Origin: an uncultured Chthonomonadaceae bacterium
GTDB taxonomy: Bacteria; Armatimonadota; Chthonomonadetes; Chthonomonadales; Chthonomonadaceae
DNA length: 64,000 nucleotides
Assembly: GCA_963817895.1 (NCBI GenBank)
Contig: CAWFQB010000007.1
Location: forward strand, 32,001-96,000
Direction of reading: 5' to 3'
In this document: piece by piece, positions 10,572 to 21,879 of the stretch
Position numbering within the stretch: position 1 is the first letter of the stretch
Layout: the number at the start of each line of letters is the position of its first letter
Notes under the pieces: generated by a model
Databases searched by the model: none
Seen by the model: only the letters and a program-made list of their open reading frames with translations
Told to the model about the DNA's origin: nothing
Position numbers and translations under genes: made by a program

Positions 10572-10868
10572 TCAGTCAATCACGCGGCGAATGGCAGTGG
10601 GCGTGTATTCGCGCTGGAACCAGAACTTGTAAAGACCCTGCGGCAGCGTGATAGGCTTGTGTTCCTGATGCACAATGCGGGCGGTGTCGCCGGTCACTTC
10701 CAGAAACATTTCGCCCTGATGCTCCCACAGAATGGCGGTTGCGCCATCCTCAATGCGGTGGCTGTGTCCGGTCAGTTCGCCCCGCGCCAGAATGGTGGTT
10801 GCGCGGCGTTTCGCGCTTTCGGGAAGAGCGGGCGCAGCCGCAATCAGAATATCTCCGTGTCTCCACAT
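10572..10868 (-). CDS. Small conserved His-motif protein (98 aa), partner of the DUF6745 gene
   Basis: MWRHGD..RGELTGHSH..VHQEH..LPQGLY..QREYTP..RRVID; AAAGGA SD. Confidence 0.8.
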   Translation of the reverse strand: MWRHGDILIAAAPALPESAKRRATTILARGELTGHSHRIEDGATAILWEHQGEMFLEVTGDTARIVHQEHKPITLPQGLYKFWFQREYTPTAIRRVID

Positions 10869-11151
10869 GTCGTTCGTCCTTTCTTGCAGGCCGGAAGTAG
10901 AAGCAGTATTCCGGCGGGCGGTGAAGCGAGTGATACGACTGTTACTGTGAGGCCGGAGCGAAAAGAGGAAGACTGAATTTGCAAAATGGCGCGGCGTGTA
11001 GGAAAATATCGGCGGTGTGTCGAATAGAAACACGTCGGGTAAAATAAAGGCAGGGCTACGTCGGGAAACACCGGCGACCCTGCTGTCGCCGCTTCTTTTC
11101 CTCCTTAAATGATTTACAGGCAGGGAACTTATTTGCAAGAAAGAACTTTGT

Positions 11152-12903
11152 ATGTTGTTCAAACGCCGCTCTCGTTCCTCTTTGCCGTTGTTGCGTTCTT
11201 TTCTGCCGATCACGTTGAGTTTGTGCGCGATGCTGCCGGTTGTTACCCCGCCTGCCCGCGCGCATGGCAGGTTCGCGGGTTCGGGCAGCCAGTTGTTCGC
11301 TGAAGGCAAGTTCAATCAAGCGCGGGATGCTTATGCGTCCGCCGTCAGGAGCGATCCCAAAAACCCGGTTTTGCGCGTGGGGCTGTTGCGGACGTATCTG
11401 CGTCTGGACGACTGGCAGAACTGCGTGTCCGAAGGGCAAAAATTCGTTGCCGCGCTGCCTGCCAGTGCCGACGCGCATGGCCTGCTCAGTCTGGGGCTGA
11501 TGCGGGGCGGGCGTCCCAAACAGGCCGAAACCGAGGCCTACAAGTCGCTTGCTCTGGATGCCAGAGACTACTGGGGGCTTGTGGCGCGTGGGCGCGTCCT
11601 GACCTTCAATGAGCAAAAAGGCGAGGCCCGCGAAACGCTTACCCACGCCTTTGATATGCACCCCGACTGGCCCGACGCGCCCTTTTATCTGCTTCAAACT
11701 CTGGAGGAGAAGACCGGCGACGAGGAGAGGCAAAAAATCTATAAAGCCTACCTCAAAACCAATCCCAAAGGCCACCCGCACGACCGAACGATGGATAGCC
11801 TGTCCCGCGCGATGGATACCTACAACCCCGCCAACAGTCGTGAAGCGGACAAACCGGACAAAACTACAGGCGACCCAAAACCGGACGGGGAAAAAAAGGC
11901 GGACGGCAATAAGAAACCCGGCAGGAAGAGAGAAGCGCCGACGTTCGAGGCTATCGGCGCGATCAATGAACAGAAATTGAAGGACGCGGATGAGGGCAAA
12001 ATCAAGCCTGTTACCATTACCATCCCCTTTGAGCGCCTCAAACAGGACAACCAGACGATTATCATTCCTCTGAGCATCAACGGCGTCAGTATGCGGCTGC
12101 TGTTCGATACGGGGGCGGGACACGGCATTTCCGTTACCGGGGATGCCGCCGAGCGCTTAAACCTGCCCGCCATTTACAAATCGTTCGCGCGCGGCGTGAG
12201 CGGCAAGGAAGAGATACGGGTGTGCCGCGCCAAAGAGATGAAAATCGGCGCGCAGATGTTCAAGAACATCCCCGTAGATACTACCGCGAACGCCATTTCA
12301 CCCGACTTTGACGGGCTGATCGGTGGGGCGGTATTCGAGGAGTACGCCGTCACCGTAGATTACGAGAACAACAATCTGGTGCTGACGCGGGGCAAAACGG
12401 CAGCCGCGCCCGCGCCCGAAGAGGGCAATCATATCACGACGGTTCCCTTCCACGATTTTGGCGGCTACATAATTGTGCCGCTGAAACTGGAAGATCGCAG
12501 CGAGGCGGAATGGGGATTGCTGGATACGGGGGCGCAGGGTATGGGCGTCCTCTCCTATATTACCGCGTCACAACTGGCGAAAAAACAGCATACGGACGCG
12601 CAGGCGAAAGTCCACATTAACCAACGGCTTGGGGTCGGCACAACCAACACGGGCTTCGACGCCATTTTGTTCGAGTTCGCCATTGATTTGGGGTTGGTCT
12701 ACAACGCCGGAACGCCCTTCTTCATGGAGATGAAGCCCATTTACGGCGCGTCCATGATTGACACGGAAGTGAACCGCAGTTTCGACTTTCATCTGAGCGC
12801 GATTGTGGGCATATCGTACCTTGCCGAGGCCAAGCGCGTCACGTTCGACTACCCGCGCCACCTGCTCACAATGGAGGCCGGCCCGAAAACCGCCCAACCG
12901 TAG
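11152..12903 (+). CDS. Secreted TPR protein with two retropepsin-like aspartyl protease domains
   Basis: Signal peptide, TPR-like helices, LLFDTGAG..DGLIG and LLDTGAQ..SAIVG motifs. Confidence 0.8.
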   Translation: MLFKRRSRSSLPLLRSFLPITLSLCAMLPVVTPPARAHGRFAGSGSQLFAEGKFNQARDAYASAVRSDPKNPVLRVGLLRTYLRLDDWQNCVSEGQKFVAALPASADAHGLLSLGLMRGGRPKQAETEAYKSLALDARDYWGLVARGRVLTFNEQKGEARETLTHAFDMHPDWPDAPFYLLQTLEEKTGDEERQKIYKAYLKTNPKGHPHDRTMDSLSRAMDTYNPANSREADKPDKTTGDPKPDGEKKADGNKKPGRKREAPTFEAIGAINEQKLKDADEGKIKPVTITIPFERLKQDNQTIIIPLSINGVSMRLLFDTGAGHGISVTGDAAERLNLPAIYKSFARGVSGKEEIRVCRAKEMKIGAQMFKNIPVDTTANAISPDFDGLIGGAVFEEYAVTVDYENNNLVLTRGKTAAAPAPEEGNHITTVPFHDFGGYIIVPLKLEDRSEAEWGLLDTGAQGMGVLSYITASQLAKKQHTDAQAKVHINQRLGVGTTNTGFDAILFEFAIDLGLVYNAGTPFFMEMKPIYGASMIDTEVNRSFDFHLSAIVGISYLAEAKRVTFDYPRHLLTMEAGPKTAQP

Positions 12904-12959
12904 GGGAGTTGATAGATAATAGTTGATAGTTGATAGAGCCTGCCAGTGAAAGGAAGGCG

Positions 12960-13300
12960 CATGTCCGAGAGTAACGCCTTTTGACTGCCCCGCAGCATCC
13001 AGTGCCAGCGTTCGCCTAACACGCTATGCCAGACGCGCCGCAGCTCCTGAGCCGAACAGTTCCACAACTGCTCCACTGTCGTGACGCCAAACTCGTTCAA
13101 ACGCCGCTTCATCGCGCTGCCAATCCCCGGCAAGTCCGTCAGCTTCAATGCAAATAGCGCGTCCGGCAGATGGTCTTCGGGCCAGATGGTCAGGCCGTCC
13201 GGCTTTTGGCAGTCCGAAGCGACTTTGGCGAGAAACACATTGGGCGCGATGCCGACCGAGCGCGTCCGCAGGACACCAGCTTTGTCCAGCCAGAGATTTT
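12960..13300 (-). pseudogene. dinB: Internal fragment of Y-family DNA polymerase IV
   Basis: SVGIAPNVFLAKVASDCQKPDGL..LTDLPGIGSAMKRRL..GVTTVEQL (palm/HhH region); N- and C-terminal parts absent; boundaries approximate. Confidence 0.75.
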
Positions 13301-13320
13301 CAATCCCTGGCGATCCCGCT

Positions 13321-15651
13321 CTATTCGGACAGAGCAACGGTCAGCATTTCGCTTTCATCATTTGGCTTGAGGAGAACGCCCTCCGTTCCTGTTTGCATCG
13401 TTCCGCCGGTTATGGAAGCAGCAGTCTGAACGCCCACCAGCAGTATTTGCCAGTTGTGGTTGGCCCCCTCTGCGCGGAATTGTATCTGTGTCCCGGTTCG
13501 GCGCGTTGTCACTGTCAGCGCCGGATTGCCGCTCAGGTCGGGAATCGTGGTGACAATCTCCTTTTCCGATTCCAATTCGTATACGCGCAGGGTCACGCCG
13601 TCTGCAAAGTCGTAATCCGGCTTGTCGTTATTGCTGCCAACCGGAATGACCGAATGGGGGCGAACCAGCAGGGGAACGCTCATAAAATCGTGCGTTTCGC
13701 GTACCCAACCCGGCCCGCTGATTACTTTGCCCGTGAAGAAGTTCGTCCATTTGCCTTCGGGAACGTAGTAGTCCACGACGCCGTTTGTGGTGAAAACGGG
13801 CGCGACGAGCAGCGAGTCACCAAGCAGATATTGCCGGTCCAGCGTGTCGCAGGCGGGATCATCGGGAAATTCCAGCATCATGGCCCGCATCGGCCGGTAC
13901 GCCCGTCCGGTGGGATTGAACCGCCTGCCCGAACAGATAGGGCATCAGGCGGCACTTCAGTTTGGTGAAAAAGCGCAGCGTGTCTACGGCCTCGTCATCG
14001 AACAGCCAGGGAACTCGGTACGACGAACTGCCGTGCAGGCGGCTGTGCGACGAAAGCAGGCCAAACGCGATCCAGCGCTTGTACACTTCGGCCGGTGGCG
14101 TGCCCTCAAAGCCGCCGATGTCGTGACTCCAGAAGCCGAAGCCGGACAGACACAGCGACAGTCCGCCGCGCAGGCTTTCCGCCATAGACTCAAAACTGGA
14201 ATAGCAGTCGCCGCCCCAGTGCACGGGAAACTGCTGCCTGCCCGCCGTTGCCGACCGCGCAAACAGAACGGCTTCTCCCCTGCCCCGCTTTTCCTCCAAA
14301 ACATCGAAGACGGCCTTATTATAAAGGTAAGAGTAGTAGTTGTGCATCTTCTGCGGGTCGGAACCATCCTGCATACACGACATCGGTGGGAATACGCTCG
14401 CCAAAATCGGTTTTGAAGCAGTCCACGCCCATGTCCAGCAGCGCGCGCAGTTTGTCGCCGTACCACTGGCAGGCGTCCGGGTTGGTAAAATCCACAATGC
14501 CCATGCCCGCCTGCCACTGATCCGTCTGCCACACATCGCCATTCGGCTTTTTGAGCAGATAACCCCCGCCTTGCCCTCCGCGAACAGCGGCGAGAGCTGC
14601 GCGATATAGGGATTGATCCAGACGCAGATGTGCAGGCCGCGCTCTTTTAGCCGTTGCAGCATGGCGGGCGGGTCGGGAAACGCGCGTGGCATCCCACTCG
14701 AAATCGCACCAGCGAAACTCACGCATCCAGAAGCAGTCGAAATGAAAAACGTGCAGCGGCAAATCCCGATCCGCCATGCCCTGTATGAAACTCGTCACGG
14801 TCTGCTCGTCATAACTTGTGGTAAACGAGGTTGTCAGCCACAGCCCGAACGACCACGCGGGCGGTAGGGCAGGCTTGCCGGTCAGGGCGCGTATATTTCG
14901 CCAGCACCTCTTTGGGCGTCGGGCCGTAAATCACAAAGTAATCCAGCGTCTGCCCTCGAACGCTGAACTGAACGCGCGAAACCTTTTCCGATGCCACTTC
15001 AAACGACACGTCTTCGGGGTGATTGACGAACACGCCGTACCCCCGGTTGGTCAGATAAAACGGCACATTCTTATACGCCTGTTCGCTGCCGGTTCCGCCG
15101 TCCCTGTTCCACGTTTCCACGACCTGCCCGTTCTTGACAAAGGCCGTAAACCGCTCGCCCAATCCATACACGCACTCGCCCACACCCAGAGCAAGCTGTT
15201 CGTGCAGATACGGCCCGTTGCCCTCGACTTCCGCCAGTCCCAGCCCTTTTTGCCCGCTTTTCGTAATGGTGTTTCCATTGCCGACAAACTCCACTCCCCA
15301 CCCTTCGCCCCGCGCCACCTTCACGGCTAAATTGCCGCTGGCGAGGGTAGCGAATTCCTTATCCGCGCTCACCGTCACGCCTGCCGCTCCTCCTGCAAGC
15401 AGCGGAAACTGCGGACTGGCTTCCCGCTCGCCGCCGAAATGCGTGACCTGTACGCAAATCACGTCCAGCAGGGGCGAGGAGTAACGCACGGTCAATAATG
15501 GACCGTCCAGCGTGTTACCCCGGTTGTGAATCCGTTTCGCGGGAACCTGAACGACAAGCGCGTCCGGCAGGGTTTCCACCTCATACGCCTGTCCCGCATA
15601 AAATGCGCGAACGCCCTTCCGCATCATCCAGTTGCCATCCGTAAACTTCAT
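13321..15651 (-). CDS. yicI: Alpha-xylosidase, GH31 (frameshifted)
   Basis: MKFTDGNW, YGLGERFTAFVKNGQ, FHFDCFWM, DCFKTDFGERIP, FWSHDIGGFE, LSSHSRLHGSSSYRVPW. Confidence 0.9.
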
Positions 15652-15667
15652 TGTCAAACCTCTTTTG

Positions 15668-15770
15668 TTTGTCTTGAACCATGATTTATGTGATTAGGTG
15701 ATTAGCATGAGGAACGCGCCTCCTCAATCATGGTAATCCGAAAATCATAAGCATCATGGTTCAAGACAAA
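15668..15770. repeat. Inverted repeat element with perfect 18-bp ends and internal 9-mer units
   Basis: tttgtcttgaaccatgat ... atcatggttcaagacaaa. Confidence 0.8.
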
Positions 15771-17822
15771 TTACGTTGTTTCTTCCAGGATACGGAGTCC
15801 GCGCCCCGGCAATGTCACCGCGTCGGTAAAGGTTTCCCCGGACAGTAAATCTGTGTAACTGCCGTTAGGAAGGGTGACTTCTGAAGGGGTGGGCGCGTGG
15901 TTGAGCAGGTACAGCAGGGGGTTGTCGTTGCCCGTTACGCGCTGCGTCACTTCTACATTAGGCGGCGGAATTGCGCCCCCGGCAAGCGGGGAATGAATGT
16001 CGTGCGCGGCGCAAATGGCCTGCAAGATGGCGCGTAAACCGACTTCTTCTAATTGCGTTGCAAGAAAGTACGCGAGTCCCTGCCCTGCCCGGTTGCGGGT
16101 GAAGGCCGGCTCGTCCGCGTAGAAATCATCCGTGTACGCGCCGAGCGTTTCCGCGCCCTCCATACGCAGGCGGTCGCACAGCAGGCCGGAAGAGAATACG
16201 GTATCGGCGGCGATGCTTCCGAAAGATTGCGTCAGGCGGATGCCATTCGTTTTGGCTTGGGGAAGCGCGTCCGTTTCCTCCACGCTCAGGCCGAGGACGT
16301 CACGCAGCGGGCCGGGACTGCCGCCCTCGTGGATCAGGTCGTTTTCGTCCACCAGTCCGCTGAAAAACGTCGTCAGGAACGAGGCTCCGGCCTGAACGCG
16401 ATGTTCAATCCGCGCGGCGTCTTCCGTTCGCAGCATCGTCAGCAGGGGCGCGACAATCACCTCATAGCGGGACAAATCGGCGTCGGGCGCAACGATGTCG
16501 GTTTGTATCCCAAGATTGTGCAGCGCGCCGTAATAGGCGCGGCACACCTTCACGTAATCCAAATCCACGCTTGGCCCGCTGGAAAAGCGCAGCCCCCACC
16601 AGTTTTCCCAATCGAACAGCACGGCCACACGCGCCGGGACGCGCCCGCCCAATGTGCGACTGCCCAACTGTTCCAGTTCCCGCCCCAGTTCCGCCACTTC
16701 CCGAAACACGCGATTGTCGGGGCTGCCGCTATGCTCCACAATCGCGCCGTGCAGTTTTTCGATGCTGCCCCGTGACCGCCGCCACTGGAAATACATCACG
16801 CTGTCGGCCCCCTGCGCGATTGCCTGATAGGACTGGACACGCAAGGCTCCCGGCGGCTTCAGGGCGTTGTAGGGCATCCAGTTCTGCTGCGAGGGGCTTT
16901 GCTCCATCAGCAGAAACGGCTGGCCCTCCTTCAATCCGCGCATCAGGGCGTGGTTGAAAGCGACATTGGCTATCGGCTCTTCGGGGCGCGGGTAGTTGTC
17001 CCACGAAACCACGTCCATATCCTGCGCCCATTTGCGATAGTTGAGCGGGAAGAACGCGCCCATCAGGTTTGTGGTCACGGGAATGTCGGGCGTGATTTCA
17101 CGCAAAACCGTCGATTCCGCCTTGAAACAGTTCAGCAGGCTGTCGGACTGAAAGCGGTAATAGTCCAGTCGCAAGCCCTGCATACTGCGTTCGCCATTGG
17201 AAAACGGTGGCTCGATCTGCGACCAATCCGTGTAGGTGTGGCTCCAGAACGCCGTCACCCACCGCCGGTTCAGTTCGTCCAGACTGCCATAACGAACTTG
17301 CAGCCAATCGCGAAACGCGGACGCGCACTGTTCGCAATAACAGTACGTGCCGTACTCGTTGCTGACGTGCCACATCACCAGCGCGGGATGATCTTTGTAG
17401 CGTTCGGCAATGCGCCGCGCGATTCCGGTAGACAGACGGCGGAAGTTGGGCGAGTTCGGGCAAAAACTGTGCCTGTTGCCGTGCCTGCGCCGGTGTCCGT
17501 TCTCATCCGTGACCAGCACATCCGGGTATTTCTGGTCCAGCCACGCGGGTTGGGCGGCGGTCGCGGTGGCAAGGCAGGCCGACACGCCGCTTTTCGCCAG
17601 CCGGTCCAGAATGTCATCCAGCCAGTCAAACGTGAACGTGTTCTCGTCGGGCTGCAAACTGACCCACCCGAAAATGGGCGTAGAAACGATGTTGACATGC
17701 GCCATTCGCATCAGGCGCATATCCTCGTCCCATATCTCGCGCGGCCACTGTTCCGGGTTGTAATCCCCGCCATAAAGCACAGCAGGCAGGCGCGTCACAA
17801 AATCATCAGGCGTAGCGGGCAT
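15771..17822 (-). CDS. Beta-galactosidase, GH42
   Basis: YGGDYNPEQW, WHVSNEYG, WDNYP, LMEQSPS, YFQWRRSRGSIEKLHGA. Confidence 0.92.
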   Translation of the reverse strand: MPATPDDFVTRLPAVLYGGDYNPEQWPREIWDEDMRLMRMAHVNIVSTPIFGWVSLQPDENTFTFDWLDDILDRLAKSGVSACLATATAAQPAWLDQKYPDVLVTDENGHRRRHGNRHSFCPNSPNFRRLSTGIARRIAERYKDHPALVMWHVSNEYGTYCYCEQCASAFRDWLQVRYGSLDELNRRWVTAFWSHTYTDWSQIEPPFSNGERSMQGLRLDYYRFQSDSLLNCFKAESTVLREITPDIPVTTNLMGAFFPLNYRKWAQDMDVVSWDNYPRPEEPIANVAFNHALMRGLKEGQPFLLMEQSPSQQNWMPYNALKPPGALRVQSYQAIAQGADSVMYFQWRRSRGSIEKLHGAIVEHSGSPDNRVFREVAELGRELEQLGSRTLGGRVPARVAVLFDWENWWGLRFSSGPSVDLDYVKVCRAYYGALHNLGIQTDIVAPDADLSRYEVIVAPLLTMLRTEDAARIEHRVQAGASFLTTFFSGLVDENDLIHEGGSPGPLRDVLGLSVEETDALPQAKTNGIRLTQSFGSIAADTVFSSGLLCDRLRMEGAETLGAYTDDFYADEPAFTRNRAGQGLAYFLATQLEEVGLRAILQAICAAHDIHSPLAGGAIPPPNVEVTQRVTGNDNPLLYLLNHAPTPSEVTLPNGSYTDLLSGETFTDAVTLPGRGLRILEETT

Positions 17823-17864
17823 AGTAAACCTCGAAGGTTGATCGTTGTCAGGAATATTCGGGCG

Positions 17865-18824
17865 TCACGGTGTTTTGGAAGCGAGGGCGCTGGTACGCAG
17901 AAATAGCGTAAAATAATGGCGTTTCTGCATTACCTCGTCATGCGGTAAATCCAGCGTGTGGATGAACAGCGGACGGCGGGGCGTAAGCAGCGTCTCGTTC
18001 AGGTTGGGTTCCAGAATCGTCTCGAACGCGACATGCCGCTGCCGCAACAGCGTAAGCAGTTGAAAGTTGGCGGATGCCAGATGCTCCGTGAACAGACTGA
18101 CAAGCCGATGCGCCGAATTGCGTTTGGCCCAATCCGCGAACGCCTCCAATTCGCCATAGGAGGCGTCGAACAGCAGCACGTCACGGATAGCGTCCTCCAT
18201 GCCTCCATGTTTCAGGATCGCGCCCGTTACGAGATAGCCGCCGCTGTGCGCGCTCAGGGCGATATGGCCGATACGCGCCGTATGGATTTTGCCCTCCGAA
18301 ACCAGAAACGCTGTAATCTCCTTCATCAGCGCGGCAAACGCGCCGGTTTCGTGTTCCAGTTTGCCGCCGCCCGAATCCTGCGCGTCCTTTGGTCCCTGCG
18401 GCACGATCAGAATCGCGTTACACTTGCTTTGCGCTATCTGCTGCCGCAACTCGTAACGATCCAGTACCTGCGCCACATGGTTGGACCAGCCATGAAAATG
18501 AACGACATAATCTACAGTCTCGGAGGGGTGGTAGTCGGCGGGAATAAAAATACCGACCGTGCTGTCGTTGTAGTGAGTGGCGGCATCATAAACCGTTTTG
18601 TCGTAGACATGGCCTTTGGCGCGGCTTTCGTGTGGGTAGGGCGAATTGTTAAACGGATGCAGCAGCGTTTGTCCGTCCGGCGTGGAAATCCAGCGCCCGG
18701 TATCGCTGCCCTCTTTGCCGCCGGCTTTCGTTTGGGCGCGCGCTTCCGTCATGCAAATCCTCGCCACAAGGAACAGCAGCATACACAGGGCAGATACAAG
18801 CCCTGCCTGATACCTGTGTTTCAA
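17865..18824 (-). CDS. Secreted alpha/beta-hydrolase-fold protein
   Basis: TTG start with AGGAGG SD overlapping upstream TGA; VVHFHGW, ALSAHSGG, LFDASY. Confidence 0.7.
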   Translation of the reverse strand: MKHRYQAGLVSALCMLLFLVARICMTEARAQTKAGGKEGSDTGRWISTPDGQTLLHPFNNSPYPHESRAKGHVYDKTVYDAATHYNDSTVGIFIPADYHPSETVDYVVHFHGWSNHVAQVLDRYELRQQIAQSKCNAILIVPQGPKDAQDSGGGKLEHETGAFAALMKEITAFLVSEGKIHTARIGHIALSAHSGGYLVTGAILKHGGMEDAIRDVLLFDASYGELEAFADWAKRNSAHRLVSLFTEHLASANFQLLTLLRQRHVAFETILEPNLNETLLTPRRPLFIHTLDLPHDEVMQKRHYFTLFLRTSALASKTP

Positions 18825-19162
18825 CTTGCCTCCTGTCTGCCTGGCGGCAGCGCTTCGGGTTCGTTCACGCCAGTATGTGGCTGAAAGCGCAGGGTTGTCA
18901 GCAACGTGTAGGCCGCGTTTCTTCCTGTCCGCCACGCCTGTTCCTGTTCCTCCCGACTGGCGGGAAGCGACGGCGCAAAAGCAATGTTCTCGAATTCGCG
19001 GAGGGCGGGCGCGCTACTCCCCGGCAGTTCCGCCAGCGTTTTCAGGGTAAACGCGCGCCAGTCCCTGAAGCGGGGCGTGTCCGCGTCGGCAAAATTCAGG
19101 GTGCTAAGTTCGGCCAGACAATGGCTCAGGGCAGTCAGGGTACGGGGTTGATTCATGGACAC
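18821..19162 (-). CDS. Hypothetical small helical protein
   Basis: ORF translationally coupled to the downstream hydrolase gene. Confidence 0.55.
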   Translation of the reverse strand: MSMNQPRTLTALSHCLAELSTLNFADADTPRFRDWRAFTLKTLAELPGSSAPALREFENIAFAPSLPASREEQEQAWRTGRNAAYTLLTTLRFQPHTGVNEPEALPPGRQEAS

Positions 19163-19490
19163 AGCCTCATTCAGTTGTCATTACATTCATCAGGCAGCCG
19201 CCCCGCCTTTGGTTGGCAGAAACAGCCTGTTATCGCCCTGTACGCCCTTGTCAGGTTTGTTACTCTCTCAAATCAGTATCAGTATACCGGAAACACCGGA
19301 CGGATTGAGGTTATAGTGTAACCAATCACCAGCCACGAGCCACCAATCACCAACCAAAAGAGGAACCTTTCCCGCTAACGGCGAACATTAGGGCGCGTCT
19401 ATCGTATAGACTGTTTCCGCCCCTGATTGTTAAGAAACGGGCTTGCCGCCCTGATTCGTTCCGCCCGATGCGCCGAAAGGAAAGACCCGA

Positions 19491-21714
19491 ATGTGTTGTA
19501 AGTTCGGTTATGTGCTGACCACTGTGCTTTTGTTTGCGATGGCAGGCCGCGTTCCCGCCCAAAACACGCCCCCTTCCGAGGCCGATAGTTTTACGTTTCT
19601 GGATGTCACCGACCTGCACGTAAGTTCTCCGGGCAGCATCGAAGCCCTGCGCAAACTGGCGGATGAGGCCACGCAAATGTCGCCAAAACCCGCCTTTGTT
19701 GTCGCGAATGGCGATTTGACCGAAACCGGAACGCCCGCAGAACTCGCCAAACTAAAAGAGGCCATCGCGCCCTTAGAGCAGGCGGGTATCAAGTTTCACG
19801 CCGTTCCCGGCAATTATGATGTGCGCTGGTCGCCGGACGGCAAGGAGAGTTTCGAGCGCGCGTTCGGCAAAACATACCAATCGTTCGATCACAACGGGGC
19901 GCACTTTATACTGCTGGATACGACTGTCGCCTTAGAGCATTGGGGACATCTGGACAAGGCGGAACTGGACTGGCTGAAAAAAGACCTGACCAAAGTGAAG
20001 CCGCAAACGCCCCTGTTTGTCTTCATGCACCACTGGATCGGGCGCGACCGTCCGAGTGTTCGCGTAATTGACAACGAGTTCGATCTGGTTCCCATTCTGC
20101 GCAACCGCAACGTCGTCGCCATCTTTACGGGACACGGGCGGCAGGATTTGGCATGGCAAACCAACGGCGCGCGAACCTTCATGTCGGAGGGCCTGTATCA
20201 GGAACACGGCTCGTACTACCGCGTCAATGTTTCCAAATTGCTGGTTACGCTGGACAGGCAATTCCTCAAAACGGCGGGCGAACCGTTCCACGCCACCATC
20301 CCCATCGCCAACAAGTCGCATCCCTCCGTTCTCAAAGCCGAATGGGACGATCCCGACAATGCGTTTTTGTCCCGCCGCCGCCCGCAGGCCAGCCTGAACC
20401 CGCGCGCCGTCACCGACAATCCCGACAAAGAGACGGCGGAATACCGCATTGACGACGGCCCGTACCGCCCCCTGCTCAAAGACAAGCGCGACCTGTGGCG
20501 GCAGCAGTTCGAGACAAAAGACATTGCGATTGGCGTTCACACAACCGATGTGCGCCTGACCACGAGCAACAACGTCACGTATGAAGACGAACTTATCTTC
20601 GAGTTGGAGCGCAACAACAACGAACCCACGCAAAAATGGGCGATCAATTTAGACGGCCCGATTCAGTCCACGCCCCTTCTGGTGGAAGACGCGCTCTACG
20701 TCAGTTCCAACGACGGCAAATGCTACGCGCTGGAACTGGCAAAGGGCAAAAAACGCTGGACGTTCCCCACCAAAGGGCAGTTCCTCGCCTCGCCCGTCCT
20801 GGACGGCAACACGCTGTATCTCGGCTCGACAGACCACTATCTGTACGCGCTGGATTCGGGCAGCGGGCGGCAAAAATGGCGATATGATACGGGCGGGCCG
20901 GTTTTCGCCACCGCCGCGGTCGCGCAGGGCGTAGTTTGCGTGGGCGCGAAGGGCAAAATCGTGGGCGTGGACATCAATTCGGGCAAAATGCGGTGGTCGG
21001 TTCCCACTACAGCCCTGTTCCAGTCCCGCGCCGCTACGGACGGCAACACGTTCTACTTAGGCGGCTGGGACAATACCCTGTACGCCATTGACGCCACAAA
21101 CGGCAATACGCGCTGGACAGCCCGCATGGGCTACGACAAGAACAAGCAGCTATTGCCCACCTACTCGCCCGCGATTTCTTCCCCCACCCTCGCCAACAAC
21201 CGCGTGTTCATCTGCTCCAACGACGGCATCCTCCACGCCGTAAACGCGCAAACGGGCAAGGATGCGTGGACAGCCGCCGCGCCCACCAGTTCCGACTCGT
21301 TCGGCTACTCCACGCCCGCCGTCGTCGGCCCCTTCATCTACCTTGCCGGATTGGGCAAAAACGGCGACGTGTACTGTCTGGACGCGGGTACGGGCAGCAT
21401 TACATGGCGAGTCTCTACCGGACAAACCATCTACGACTCGTCGCCCGCATCTCGCCCCCGACGGCAAAACGTTCGCCATCATGGGCGTTCGGGGCCGCGT
21501 CTCGGTTCTGGACAGCCGAACGGGCAAGCGGGTGTGGGGCTACGAACTCGGACCGGGCAACATCTTCTCCACCCCGGAATACGACGGCCAACACCTCTAC
21601 ACCACCACAATGGCAAACGACGTGCAGTGTATCAACGCGCCCGGCGTGGGCGGAACCGAACGCCGCCAACCCCGCGCGCCCGCCACCGACACGCCGGGAA
21701 CAACCGCGAAGTAA
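19491..21714 (+). CDS. Secreted calcineurin-like metallophosphoesterase fused to PQQ-like beta-propeller (frameshift near 21450)
   Basis: DVTDLH, NGDLTE, PGNYD, FMHH, TGHG followed by repeated LYALD..G..KW blades. Confidence 0.85.
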
Positions 21715-21722
21715 AAGACAAG

Positions 21723-21856
21723 AATATTTCACCACCAGAGACACCAAGGACACCAAGAAATACAAAGGAGAAAGACTTCGATTATCATTGACCTCAATAT
21801 ATCTGCTTCTCTTCTTTTCTCTCTTGGTGTACTTGGTGTCTTGGTGGTGAAATATT
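21723..21856. repeat. Inverted 9-mer tandem repeat (ACACCAAGG)n between convergent genes
   Basis: aatatttcaccaccagagacaccaagg... versus ...cttggtgtcttggtggtgaaatatt. Confidence 0.8.
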
Positions 21857-21879
21857 TTTCGTGTTCTTCTCTCCGTGGT

